Position numbers and translations under genes: made by a program
Shown here: positions 28,821 through 37,655 of the stretch, piece after piece
Position numbering within the stretch: position 1 is the first letter of the stretch
Layout of the letters: every line of letters begins with the position of its first letter
The notes under the pieces: model-generated
The model's input: only the letters and a program-made list of their open reading frames with translations
Told to the model about the DNA's origin: nothing
Databases searched by the model: none
DNA from: Gammaproteobacteria bacterium
GTDB lineage: Bacteria; Pseudomonadota; Gammaproteobacteria; UBA1113
Length of the DNA: 64,000 nt
Assembly: GCA_020051155.1 (NCBI GenBank)
Contig: JAGVJK010000005.1
Location: 3,312 to 67,311 of the forward strand
Direction: 5' to 3'

Positions 28821-31800
28821 TCATCCGCGGCTCATGATTCTCCGTGGCGTGCTACCGTCTGTGTGAGATGAGCTAGCGGAGGTAGGCACCCAAAAACCAG
28901 GCATAGATGAGGAAGCGCATGGTGTCGGCAGTGCGCTGGGAGTAGCACTATTCGCGGGCAATGAAGATGCGTGTAGGTAAACATCATAAACCTCAGTCAC
29001 CAACCGCTGTAATCTTACATCCTCTTCTAAAGGTAACGTAAAAAACTTTCTGAGTTCTGATTCATATTCACAGATGACTGCCGCATGCAGTGCAGGGCCT
29101 TCTAGCATTTGTTTCTTAAGGATCTTACTGACCCACTCTTGCATCAAAGAAGACAAAGATTGAATGCCAGGAATTTTGGTTTGTGCCAAAATCGTCGAGT
29201 CAAAGGAATGAAATAAGATCTCTCCATTATCGGTTTCAAGGGAAAGCAAATGATAATAAAGGGCCGTCAGTTCTTTACTTTTAGAACCCATTGAGAGATA
29301 CCCACCTAGTTTATCCTCTATCGCTAGCGGATGTGTGGCTGGATAGGGATCGAGATCGCCTTGATGCCAACCATAAGAAAGAGGCATCATGTAAAACCCT
29401 TTAATACCAGGGTATTCTCGACAATAGTCATGAGTAAATGCTAATAACTCTTGTAATAATGCAAGCCGTAAGGAGTCAGAGGTCGCATAATTCGCATCCA
29501 CTTCAAAAAAATTTGCAATGAGAGTAATGTCGCCATTTTCCATTTTTGCGAAATAGAGCCAAACCAATGCGACGGGTTTATTTTTTTCTAAATCCATGAC
29601 GACGTGAAATAGCATGGAGTCGTCCATGACTCGGTTTATCATTGCATCAAATTGTGCGCCATTGGTGGCAAGACAACAACCGACGGCATCGCCTAAGGCA
29701 AAGGTCGCCGGGTTGTTTTTATCCCATTGTATGATCTTAAAGTAATAAGGTTTTCTTGCTTGTTGTAGCGATGTTTCGGTCTGTTTAGTAGGTGAGTTTT
29801 TCTGCGACAGGTAAGGTTGCGAATGTGTGTAATAATCAATAAAGTGGTTTGCATGCTCAAAGTAAGAGGCCAAACAATGGGATTTGTAGGATTGTTGTAA
29901 GGTTTGATTTAAATATTTGTAGATAGCTTTTAACTTTGAAATATTGTGCTCAGCACTCAATACTAACCCAAGCGGTTGAGAACTATTTTTTGAAAGAGTT
30001 TTTTCAATGTGTTGAATTTGTTTCTGAATGGAAGTTAACTTTTCTTTCAGCGTGTCGGGTAATGGATGCCCAGGCCGGTCTCGTGTTAATTCCTCTTGAA
30101 TTTTATTACCTATCAGTTTTGCTGAGGACCACAGTATTGTTAATATCCTTTCTAAGGAAAATCCTTCTTGGTCAGCTAAAAAGCGAAATTCTCGAGTTCT
30201 TCGGTAATGCAGAGCACTGTCTGGGACAATGTTGTGAGTCCTTAACTCTTGTCGAATACCTTCGTTATGCTTGGCTAAACGGATGCCCAATTTGCTTTCT
30301 TGATTGACATCGTATAAAAAAGGACTGATGGATTTTCCGGATAAGTACAGCCATAGTAATTGAAGAAGACCTTCTTTCGTTTCATTCGGGTATTGCTGAG
30401 ATTCGAAAAAAATAATTTGATAAATTTTATCTGCGGGAAGTTGTTGAAATACGGATGTCATATCCATGGTCGATAGTTCTTCTTGCTTATTGCAAAAAAT
30501 GAGACTCAGTAATTGGCGACCTATCTCTTTGTTAAATTCAACGGAATTTTTTTCTGTTTCTTGTAAGTTGTGAGTCAGTAACAACAAAGTGTCAAAGAAC
30601 TTTTTTCTGACAGAAGGTGATTGATCAGTGTTACTTTTTCCAATTTGAGCAAGAGAAAATAAAGCTCCAAGACCAGATAAGCAATGGTGCCATGCTTCTT
30701 TGTTCTGCGTATTTTCATTAATCATTAAACGATGCTGTTGATAATACTGGGCCAATTGCGCGGCAACCCTCGGTGAGAAAACCCTCATTCTACCAAAAAA
30801 ACGATCTAGACTTGGCCACCCACCAAACAATTGGCTACGCAATAAGGCGACGCCATCTTCTCCCATGATGTGAATTAGTTGTGCAATGAGGGGATATTTT
30901 TGTAGTAGCATCATGCGTAAAGTCAGAGGATTTAGATTTGGGTCCCATCGTTTTAATTTATCAATCAGGGCATCGAAAAACAGCACAAAGGAATGACGAG
31001 TTTTTGCAGATTGCTCCATGAGTAGTGTTTGAAACAACAAAGGGATCTGCCGTTGTGTAAACTCAACTTGAGATGAGATGGTGCGAGCGATAGAGCTTGC
31101 AAAAAAGAGTGAGTACTCTGAATAGTCCCCGTAACGACCATTACTGCTATTTTTAAAGAGTTGAAATAGTGAAAAATCATCTAAGCTTTGTGTTTCATCC
31201 GATGCAAGTAATGCTTGAAAAACAACGGGGACGAAATCACGTGGAAAGGCCTTAAGAAAAAGAATAGGAGTAGCTTCATTGAAGCCAGTAATTTTTTTAT
31301 CGGTTAATTGACGGTGATAAGATTTTTTTTGTAAAACATGGATCATTTCTTCTTTGGTGAAGTTCTTTTTGATTAAAAAAAGAAACTTAATGAATTTTCC
31401 AATACCAACAGTGGATCTACACTTAGGAGACTCCTGAGCAAGGGGCATGTCTGAGTAATGAGGGAGGCAGCTGCGGTGGTTAATTTCACGGCATGCTGTA
31501 TGCATTAAATATCGATCAATATACTCTTCGAGAAGAGAAGTTAAGAGGAACGACTTATTTTCTGCATACTCAATAAAACTTACTATCAGTGTTTCGATGC
31601 AGTAGAGTTTTTGTCGAAAAAATTGGTAATGGTCGGGATGATCGTCCTTATAATTATCATGATCTATGAAATGATACATCCGGTATGCTTTTACTAGCTG
31701 TTTTATAATTTCTTGCAACAGTTCTTTATCACCATAAATTTCTTGTAAACCGTAATGATTGAGTTTATGAGTTTTATCGAGTTGAGTATGACCTCTGCGG

Positions 31801-32525
31801 GAAGTTTCTTCTAGTATCGTCCAAGTGAATGGATATAAAGCTGCAAGAGTTAATTCACCCTCTATAGCGATATCGAGTTCATCTTGTATGATGGAAGGAG
31901 GCCATTCCTTGTTATCGATGGTATATTTAAGTTTGTTACCATTTTTTTCAAAAGAGATGGTCTGAGGTGGGTTGGCAGTGGGAGATAAACTAGGTGATCC
32001 TACTAAGTCAAGACTGTAGTGATTGAGTAATAAATCTTTTAAGCAGTGATGGACCGTTTCCTTTGACATGAGAGTTGAGCCATCATGCGCGTAAGCTAAA
32101 TCCCTAAACTCATAACCATTTTTAATGGTTGCCAACGTGCTTTGGGCAGGCACTGTCAACGTATAAGCGTGAGATTGCACAAGTTGTTTAATTTTATCTA
32201 ATAAGGATTCATCAGGTGTTGTCGCTCTATCTAAATAAATGGCTGCGATGGTTAAAAAAGTTTGAAGAACCTTAACATGATGTATTGGTGCAATCGGGTC
32301 TTCATACTTAGAGAGTTCCGAAAACAAAGAATAAAACTCAACCTCTGGCACATACCATTCATTGGCCTGAATAAAAGGTAAGGTTGCCTCAGCAAACACA
32401 GCAGGTAATGCAAACTCAACAGAGTCATCGAACACATCTTGCAGCGAATAACGAAATCGAGCATTGGCTGTAAAGAGTTCCTTTTCAGAGAGCCTTGTTG
32501 CTGATTCTGAGCTTTGGGCGGCCAT
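28821..32525 (-). CDS. Large hypothetical protein (1234 aa); candidate secreted effector
   Basis: Uninterrupted 3.7-kb ORF. The ATG at 32525 is preceded by AGGAGA, and the ORF-track start at 32540 lies on that RBS. No family recognised. The C-terminal part (about 300 aa) contains GDAVGCCLATNG. The tail is Ser/Thr/Pro-rich. Confidence 0.8.
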   Translation of the reverse strand: MAAQSSESATRLSEKELFTANARFRYSLQDVFDDSVEFALPAVFAEATLPFIQANEWYVPEVEFYSLFSELSKYEDPIAPIHHVKVLQTFLTIAAIYLDRATTPDESLLDKIKQLVQSHAYTLTVPAQSTLATIKNGYEFRDLAYAHDGSTLMSKETVHHCLKDLLLNHYSLDLVGSPSLSPTANPPQTISFEKNGNKLKYTIDNKEWPPSIIQDELDIAIEGELTLAALYPFTWTILEETSRRGHTQLDKTHKLNHYGLQEIYGDKELLQEIIKQLVKAYRMYHFIDHDNYKDDHPDHYQFFRQKLYCIETLIVSFIEYAENKSFLLTSLLEEYIDRYLMHTACREINHRSCLPHYSDMPLAQESPKCRSTVGIGKFIKFLFLIKKNFTKEEMIHVLQKKSYHRQLTDKKITGFNEATPILFLKAFPRDFVPVVFQALLASDETQSLDDFSLFQLFKNSSNGRYGDYSEYSLFFASSIARTISSQVEFTQRQIPLLFQTLLMEQSAKTRHSFVLFFDALIDKLKRWDPNLNPLTLRMMLLQKYPLIAQLIHIMGEDGVALLRSQLFGGWPSLDRFFGRMRVFSPRVAAQLAQYYQQHRLMINENTQNKEAWHHCLSGLGALFSLAQIGKSNTDQSPSVRKKFFDTLLLLTHNLQETEKNSVEFNKEIGRQLLSLIFCNKQEELSTMDMTSVFQQLPADKIYQIIFFESQQYPNETKEGLLQLLWLYLSGKSISPFLYDVNQESKLGIRLAKHNEGIRQELRTHNIVPDSALHYRRTREFRFLADQEGFSLERILTILWSSAKLIGNKIQEELTRDRPGHPLPDTLKEKLTSIQKQIQHIEKTLSKNSSQPLGLVLSAEHNISKLKAIYKYLNQTLQQSYKSHCLASYFEHANHFIDYYTHSQPYLSQKNSPTKQTETSLQQARKPYYFKIIQWDKNNPATFALGDAVGCCLATNGAQFDAMINRVMDDSMLFHVVMDLEKNKPVALVWLYFAKMENGDITLIANFFEVDANYATSDSLRLALLQELLAFTHDYCREYPGIKGFYMMPLSYGWHQGDLDPYPATHPLAIEDKLGGYLSMGSKSKELTALYYHLLSLETDNGEILFHSFDSTILAQTKIPGIQSLSSLMQEWVSKILKKQMLEGPALHAAVICEYESELRKFFTLPLEEDVRLQRLVTEVYDVYLHASSLPANSATPSALPTPCASSSMPGFWVPTSASSSHTDGSTPRRIMSRG

Positions 32526-32681
32526 TGGCAGTCTCCTCATGGGGATGTAATCTAAGTGATTTCTTTATTATTATGAGATTGAGTCATGAAAAAACGAAAG
32601 TGTATCAAAAATGACCTTTCTGAGCAAGCACTGTGGCTGTGATTGCCAAATCAACGTGAAAAGCTTTTGCGAAGGATCTCC

Positions 32682-32999
32682 TTATGTGAGAACCCATTCC
32701 CCATGAAGTTTAATCGCTTCATACATAGCATCTGGAGCGAGGTCGATTTCTCCTGGCCAAGTAACAACGCCATGATGAATATAAACTTGCTCAAATAAGG
32801 TTTTATCGGCTAATGATGCAAAAACACCTGCTTTGGGGCTTATAACACGACGTGAAAGATCAACAAAACCAGAAGTGCCATCCTGGAATTCTACATGCAG
32901 ACGATACGAAGGACAGGACGTCACTCGCACAGCTCGCCAAGGAGCAGTACAGACTATTCGAGGGGAGATATCTTCCTCGGTGGTTGATTTCTTTCGCAT
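32682..32999 (-). CDS. DUF2442-family small protein
   Basis: PRIVCTAPWRAVRVTSCPSYRLHVEFQDGTSGFVDLS...GVVTWPGEIDLAPDAMY matches the DUF2442 pattern as I remember it. Start taken at M16 (32999); uncertain. Confidence 0.6.
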   Translation of the reverse strand: MRKKSTTEEDISPRIVCTAPWRAVRVTSCPSYRLHVEFQDGTSGFVDLSRRVISPKAGVFASLADKTLFEQVYIHHGVVTWPGEIDLAPDAMYEAIKLHGEWVLT

Positions 33000-33215
33000 A
33001 ATTCCCAATCCTCCAACAGCTCTACGCGATGCGTAAAGGCCCACTCTAACACTAATGATAAGGCCCGACGAGGCATATTCCCTTTAATAACCTCTAGTGT
33101 GTGAATATCTACTAGTACCTCATATTCAGCGTACAAAGCGTGGAAGTGAGGTGGGGGCATGGTCATCCCAAAACATTTGAATTAATATTCCATAAAAACT
33201 ACTAATCGTTGGCAT
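32954..33215 (-). pseudogene. DUF4160-family gene interrupted by a +1 frameshift in a C5 run
   Basis: The ATG at 33215 (AGAGGGA RBS) reads MPTISSFYGILIQMFWDDHAP and then runs out of frame. The ORF-track frame resumes at PPHFHALYAEYEVLVDIHTLEVIKGNMPRRALSLVLEWA. Removing one C from the minus-strand C5 run (33153-33157) restores ..DDHAPPHFHA.., the family hallmark. Confidence 0.7.
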
Positions 33216-33279
33216 GACTCAAATATCCCTCTTAATATAAATTTTTATTGGATTATAATAAGCCAATTGGAAAAGTTCA

Positions 33280-35433
33280 ATGGCATTCTTAATTGATCTT
33301 AAATTAATCAAATGCTATAGTGCGTTCTTTAAAAATTTAATAAGAGAACAGGGTATGAGCCAAGAAACAAAAGTATCAGATTTACATCATGCACTCACTT
33401 ATCTAGGCTCAACACTTTTACCAGGCGAAACATCTCGACCTTTAGCTACGGATAGTTCCGGGAAAACCGTTATCAGATATTCCACGGATATGTGCTTTGA
33501 TTTAGCTGAACTCAATGAAAGATTTATCCCGTTTGATACTTCACCAATACTGATGCATTATTTACGTGAATTGCTGGAGACGATTTCAAAGTACACGACC
33601 TTAGAATTCATACCGGTGAGTTGTCAGACAAATCCTGCCTTACGATTTGGTTTTACAGGAAGTACATCCTGGGATGCTTTCCAGCATTTCATCGCTAAAA
33701 AAGGACCGGGCAATACCTATTGGATGAAACAAAGTCAGGTTGCAACACTCACAACTGGGACGAGAGCATCACAGATGAGCCAAGTTCAAGAGCTATCTAT
33801 GGTGACGATTGCGCAGAGTTGTACTCTATGGCCGGATACTTGTTATAGAACATTAAACCATGAGGTGCTTCATGGTCTTCATATAAAACATCCGCGGCAC
33901 TATGTCTCAACAGAGTCGGGCCCTTTTATGCCTAATTTATATCCTTATAAAGATTTGACGGAGATGACATACAGCAATACTCCTAATCGTCAGCGCCCAC
34001 TCAGCGTCAGGGCTTGGCAATTATGGAATGATATTTTTGGCGATCATCAAAAAATCTTTGATCCATTAGCGCTGACATTTGTTGAGAGCGACGCCAATGT
34101 GACATCATCACAGAGTTTGAAAACGCTAGATCTTCTGACACTACAAAGGCACCCTAGATACCAACATCCTCAATCATCACAATTGCTAAAAGCCAGATTA
34201 GCTAATATTCCCAATCAAACACTCACCATTGATGACACGGCGAGTAACACGCAACTATTACCTAGCGGCAACTATTATGAATTAAAGTTTCAGCAAGCTA
34301 ACCCATTTTCTGAGCTTTATCTCGATTTACGCGGTGGATTTCTTTTACCTTCGTGGAGTACTTTTCTGGATAATTACATTCGAATCCCACCTCGAACAAA
34401 ATTTTCAAAACTCTCATTGCCTCCAGCAAAAACCACTCTGATCTTACCCAAGAGTTTCACAACACTAACTCTTGAGGCAGCACCTAGTCGGCATCCAATC
34501 GATGTCTTTTTTTCTCCGGCGCAACAGGCTTCGCCACATCTTGTGGTGAAAGGTGCTACAAGTCGCATCACAGTGCATTTCCCTTCAGCAAGCAACCTGA
34601 GTCTGGTAAGTGTGCCCTTTGATATATCTTGTCATGCACCGGCGAGTGTTATTACTGCCAACTCAACTGTTACGGTGACTTTGTGCGATACTGCAAGTCA
34701 AGCGGTCACATTTGATAGCAATGACATACCGGTCAGAACATTTAAGTTTTGGGATTGGGTTGGCATTTTAGATCGAGAATTTAATTTTTTATTAGATTTT
34801 CAATTATCTTTTTCTTACCTCGCGGCATTAACGTCACTCATCAGTGTTGCCCTCGGCTATGGCTTTGAATATTGTAAAAATCTTGAATTTGACTTAGCAA
34901 AATTTCATCTTGGAACAGGATTTTTTCAAACATTGAGGCAGCAGGCCTTAGCACGAAGACAGCAGCAAAACCTTGGACAAGATGTTTTAATCATGAGTGC
35001 GAAAATAGCACTTTATCAAAATTTACCATTTCATTTGACGCAGTCATTTCAGTTAGGTCAAACGTTATTTAAAGAAAAAAGCTTCTCTGGCAATACCCTC
35101 TTATCTCTTATTTTTATTCTGCTCGAATTAATTAGCAGCAATCATGGGTTATGGTTGATGTTCATGAGTACGTTGCTATTAACCTTAGGAAAGTCTTTGC
35201 ATCGAGCTTGTAAGGAAATTAACTTTGCTAAGCCGGAAGAAATGGCGATGTTAATGCATTTAACATTGCTGACTATCCAATTCGTTATGGCATTCGCCGA
35301 AGAGTGCTCACCGATGGCTTATGGGCATGATATTGTTTTACCGCGATTAGCACAACTTGATGCGCCAGTGGCCTCTGCAACGCCTACTTGCTCATCATCA
35401 AGCATGTTGCCCGAGCAGCGCTTATCGAGATAA
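33280..35433 (+). CDS. Hypothetical protein (717 aa) with an HExxH zinc-metalloprotease-like motif and a C-terminal multi-TM region
   Basis: HEVLHGLHIKH at 33859-33891 (His at positions 1, 5 and 11, as in metzincins). Hydrophobic helices lie in the last 200 aa or so (LAALTSLISVALGYGF, LLSLIFILLELI, LWLMFMSTLLLTLG, MLMHLTLLTIQFVMAFA). An alternative start at 33355 is possible. Confidence 0.75.
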   Translation: MAFLIDLKLIKCYSAFFKNLIREQGMSQETKVSDLHHALTYLGSTLLPGETSRPLATDSSGKTVIRYSTDMCFDLAELNERFIPFDTSPILMHYLRELLETISKYTTLEFIPVSCQTNPALRFGFTGSTSWDAFQHFIAKKGPGNTYWMKQSQVATLTTGTRASQMSQVQELSMVTIAQSCTLWPDTCYRTLNHEVLHGLHIKHPRHYVSTESGPFMPNLYPYKDLTEMTYSNTPNRQRPLSVRAWQLWNDIFGDHQKIFDPLALTFVESDANVTSSQSLKTLDLLTLQRHPRYQHPQSSQLLKARLANIPNQTLTIDDTASNTQLLPSGNYYELKFQQANPFSELYLDLRGGFLLPSWSTFLDNYIRIPPRTKFSKLSLPPAKTTLILPKSFTTLTLEAAPSRHPIDVFFSPAQQASPHLVVKGATSRITVHFPSASNLSLVSVPFDISCHAPASVITANSTVTVTLCDTASQAVTFDSNDIPVRTFKFWDWVGILDREFNFLLDFQLSFSYLAALTSLISVALGYGFEYCKNLEFDLAKFHLGTGFFQTLRQQALARRQQQNLGQDVLIMSAKIALYQNLPFHLTQSFQLGQTLFKEKSFSGNTLLSLIFILLELISSNHGLWLMFMSTLLLTLGKSLHRACKEINFAKPEEMAMLMHLTLLTIQFVMAFAEECSPMAYGHDIVLPRLAQLDAPVASATPTCSSSSMLPEQRLSR

Positions 35434-35495
35434 GCAGAGGCCCTTGATGCTAAAGGTTCACGCTCTGAAGTGTCCAACTATAGATGGGCTCATTC

Positions 35496-36716
35496 TTAGA
35501 AGCGTCTAAATCCTTTGTAGGGATAAGTGTTATATCGTTTTTGTAAATTTTCTCTCGATGCAGTCGATTGAGGATCTCCAAAGAATGTTGCGGTAGTCTC
35601 ACGCGTAAGTGAAGTAAGTTGTTCGAAGGAGTCTGTATCACTCGATGTGCCTACTTGAAATGATGGAAGAGACGAAGTTTTTTCTGCATTATACAAGGAG
35701 CGAGAACCACTTCTTTCTATGTTTCCTGAAAAGACTGAGAATACTTCACTAGAGGAGCAAGGGTCACTAGTGTCATCATCCTGAAGGAGAATATTCTCTA
35801 GAGGACTAGTGTTACCCCAGCGATTTTTTAAGTAGTTAACGATAAGGTCACGCTGTGCTTTGAGAGCTGGCAGCAATAGATCGCTGTGATAAACGTTCTC
35901 AGCTAATTCCATAGTTTGCTGTAAACGTGCTAATAGTTTCTGATGGGTCCGAAAGTCTTGTTTTAGAGTATTGTGCCAAGATTGAATTTCACTGGCGCAT
36001 TGTTCAAATCCTTCGGCATGTTCTTGATTATGGAACGACGCGCGGGTCTGAAGGTATGTAGCTATATCATATGCAGTGCGACCCTCATGATCTTTTAAGT
36101 TGAGATCTGGAAGCATTCTTTTATCAGGATTAATAGCTCCAGGTAGCAGTGTTTTGCTACCGTCTGCGGAGAGATATGTGGCTTTTTCTGCAAAACAGTC
36201 TTCTAAACAAAATAAAGAGAATATGTCTTCGAAAGTCTCAAGGTCTTGTTCAGGTTTATCTTGTAGGCTCATAACGAGTAACATGATAGGCGTTTTTCCA
36301 GTGGCGTCTTGAGCGTTAGGATTAGCGCCAGCAGCCAATAACCGCGCAATAGCCTCAATTCCAACATCATCACTTCTATCGTATTTCAGACAATTACCAG
36401 AAGCTTTCATTAAAGCGGTTTGACCTTGATGATCTTGTATATCTACAGCGGCCCCCGCTCCTAATAACAGCTCTACGCTTCGTATTCTTAGGGTGGAAGC
36501 AGCTATCATTAAAGCTGTTTGGCCGTACTTATCCTGAGCATTAACGTTGGCTTTCTCTCTTAATAGGTACTTTATCTGGGAGATATCAGCATGACGCACG
36601 GCGTGCATGAGAGGTGTTCGACCGTTTTTATCTTTCCCGTCTAAGTTCATGCTATCAGAAATAGACTCACTTGCCATAATCTTATCATCTCCAAAAAGCG
36701 GATGCTTTAATTGCAT
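35496..36716 (-). CDS. Ankyrin-repeat protein (406 aa)
   Basis: Four or more ANK repeats in the N-terminal half (GRTPLMHAVRHADISQIKYLLREKANVN, GQTALMIAASTLRIRSVELLLGAGAAVD, GQTALMKAS, GKTPIMLLV). An alternative start at 36677 is possible. Confidence 0.85.
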   Translation of the reverse strand: MQLKHPLFGDDKIMASESISDSMNLDGKDKNGRTPLMHAVRHADISQIKYLLREKANVNAQDKYGQTALMIAASTLRIRSVELLLGAGAAVDIQDHQGQTALMKASGNCLKYDRSDDVGIEAIARLLAAGANPNAQDATGKTPIMLLVMSLQDKPEQDLETFEDIFSLFCLEDCFAEKATYLSADGSKTLLPGAINPDKRMLPDLNLKDHEGRTAYDIATYLQTRASFHNQEHAEGFEQCASEIQSWHNTLKQDFRTHQKLLARLQQTMELAENVYHSDLLLPALKAQRDLIVNYLKNRWGNTSPLENILLQDDDTSDPCSSSEVFSVFSGNIERSGSRSLYNAEKTSSLPSFQVGTSSDTDSFEQLTSLTRETTATFFGDPQSTASRENLQKRYNTYPYKGFRRF

Positions 36717-36953
36717 CCTGTTATACCTAAAACCAGAACCGTGGCCTCTTTTTAACAGAGGAGCCTGTGTTAATAAACCAGCTGTTTATCCTTACATTTT
36801 GAGAGATGGAAGGTGGTTGGTCTTGCTATGAAAAACGATTATACCCAAAGTTAATGGCTATGCAACTAAACAGTAGAGTGGTATTGGCGATTTTTACTAA
36901 ATTCCTTTAGAATAAATATCGAAATGTAGCTGTCTGCAACACTGGAGCTGAAT

Positions 36954-37652
36954 ATGACCAATTACCAATCTGCACCATGGTGCTGGGTTCATGAGTTAAA
37001 GGATTATAAGCGGATGTTTGCTTTGACCGCCGAAGACTTAACGCTAAAATTACTGGATTGTGCGGCAGGTCCTTCGAGTGTCAATGCCGAGTTGACTCGC
37101 GAAGGTGGGCATATCGTATCTTGTGACCCTTTATATGCGAAAGTCACTGAAAAAATTCAAATGAAAACTCAAGAAATGATCGATGCGCTATTGGTTAAGG
37201 TTCAAGAAAACCAAGATAAATTTTGCTGGAAAAAAGTAGAGTCTATCGAAGAATTAAAACGTGATCATCAAGCAGCTGCGAAATTATTTTTAGAAGATTT
37301 TAAAAGCGATGTGGATCATACACGTTATCTTGCGGAAGAGTTGCCTAACTTATCCTTCATGCCTTACCAATTTGATTTGGCGTTGTGTGCAAATTTTTTA
37401 TTTGATGGTTTATATCATCCGAGCGAAAGTTTTATCGTTGCTAGTATCAAAGACATGTGCCGTGTTGCGCGAGAAGCTCGTATTTATCCTTTGTTAGATA
37501 TTGACGGCAATATTGCAGCAGAAGTGGGACCGGTGATGATGCAATTGCAGCAGGAAAATTATGGCGTTGAAATTCGCCAAGTAGATTATCAATTTCAAAA
37601 AAACAGTAATGCCATGCTGCGAGTGTGGCCTAATATTTGTGAGGTGCCATAA
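36954..37652 (+). CDS. Class I SAM-dependent methyltransferase (232 aa)
   Basis: Motif I-like LLDCAAGPSSV followed by an acidic residue after the next strand (VSCDPLY). TGGAG RBS. Confidence 0.6.
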   Translation: MTNYQSAPWCWVHELKDYKRMFALTAEDLTLKLLDCAAGPSSVNAELTREGGHIVSCDPLYAKVTEKIQMKTQEMIDALLVKVQENQDKFCWKKVESIEELKRDHQAAAKLFLEDFKSDVDHTRYLAEELPNLSFMPYQFDLALCANFLFDGLYHPSESFIVASIKDMCRVAREARIYPLLDIDGNIAAEVGPVMMQLQQENYGVEIRQVDYQFQKNSNAMLRVWPNICEVP

Positions 37653-37655
37653 TTG

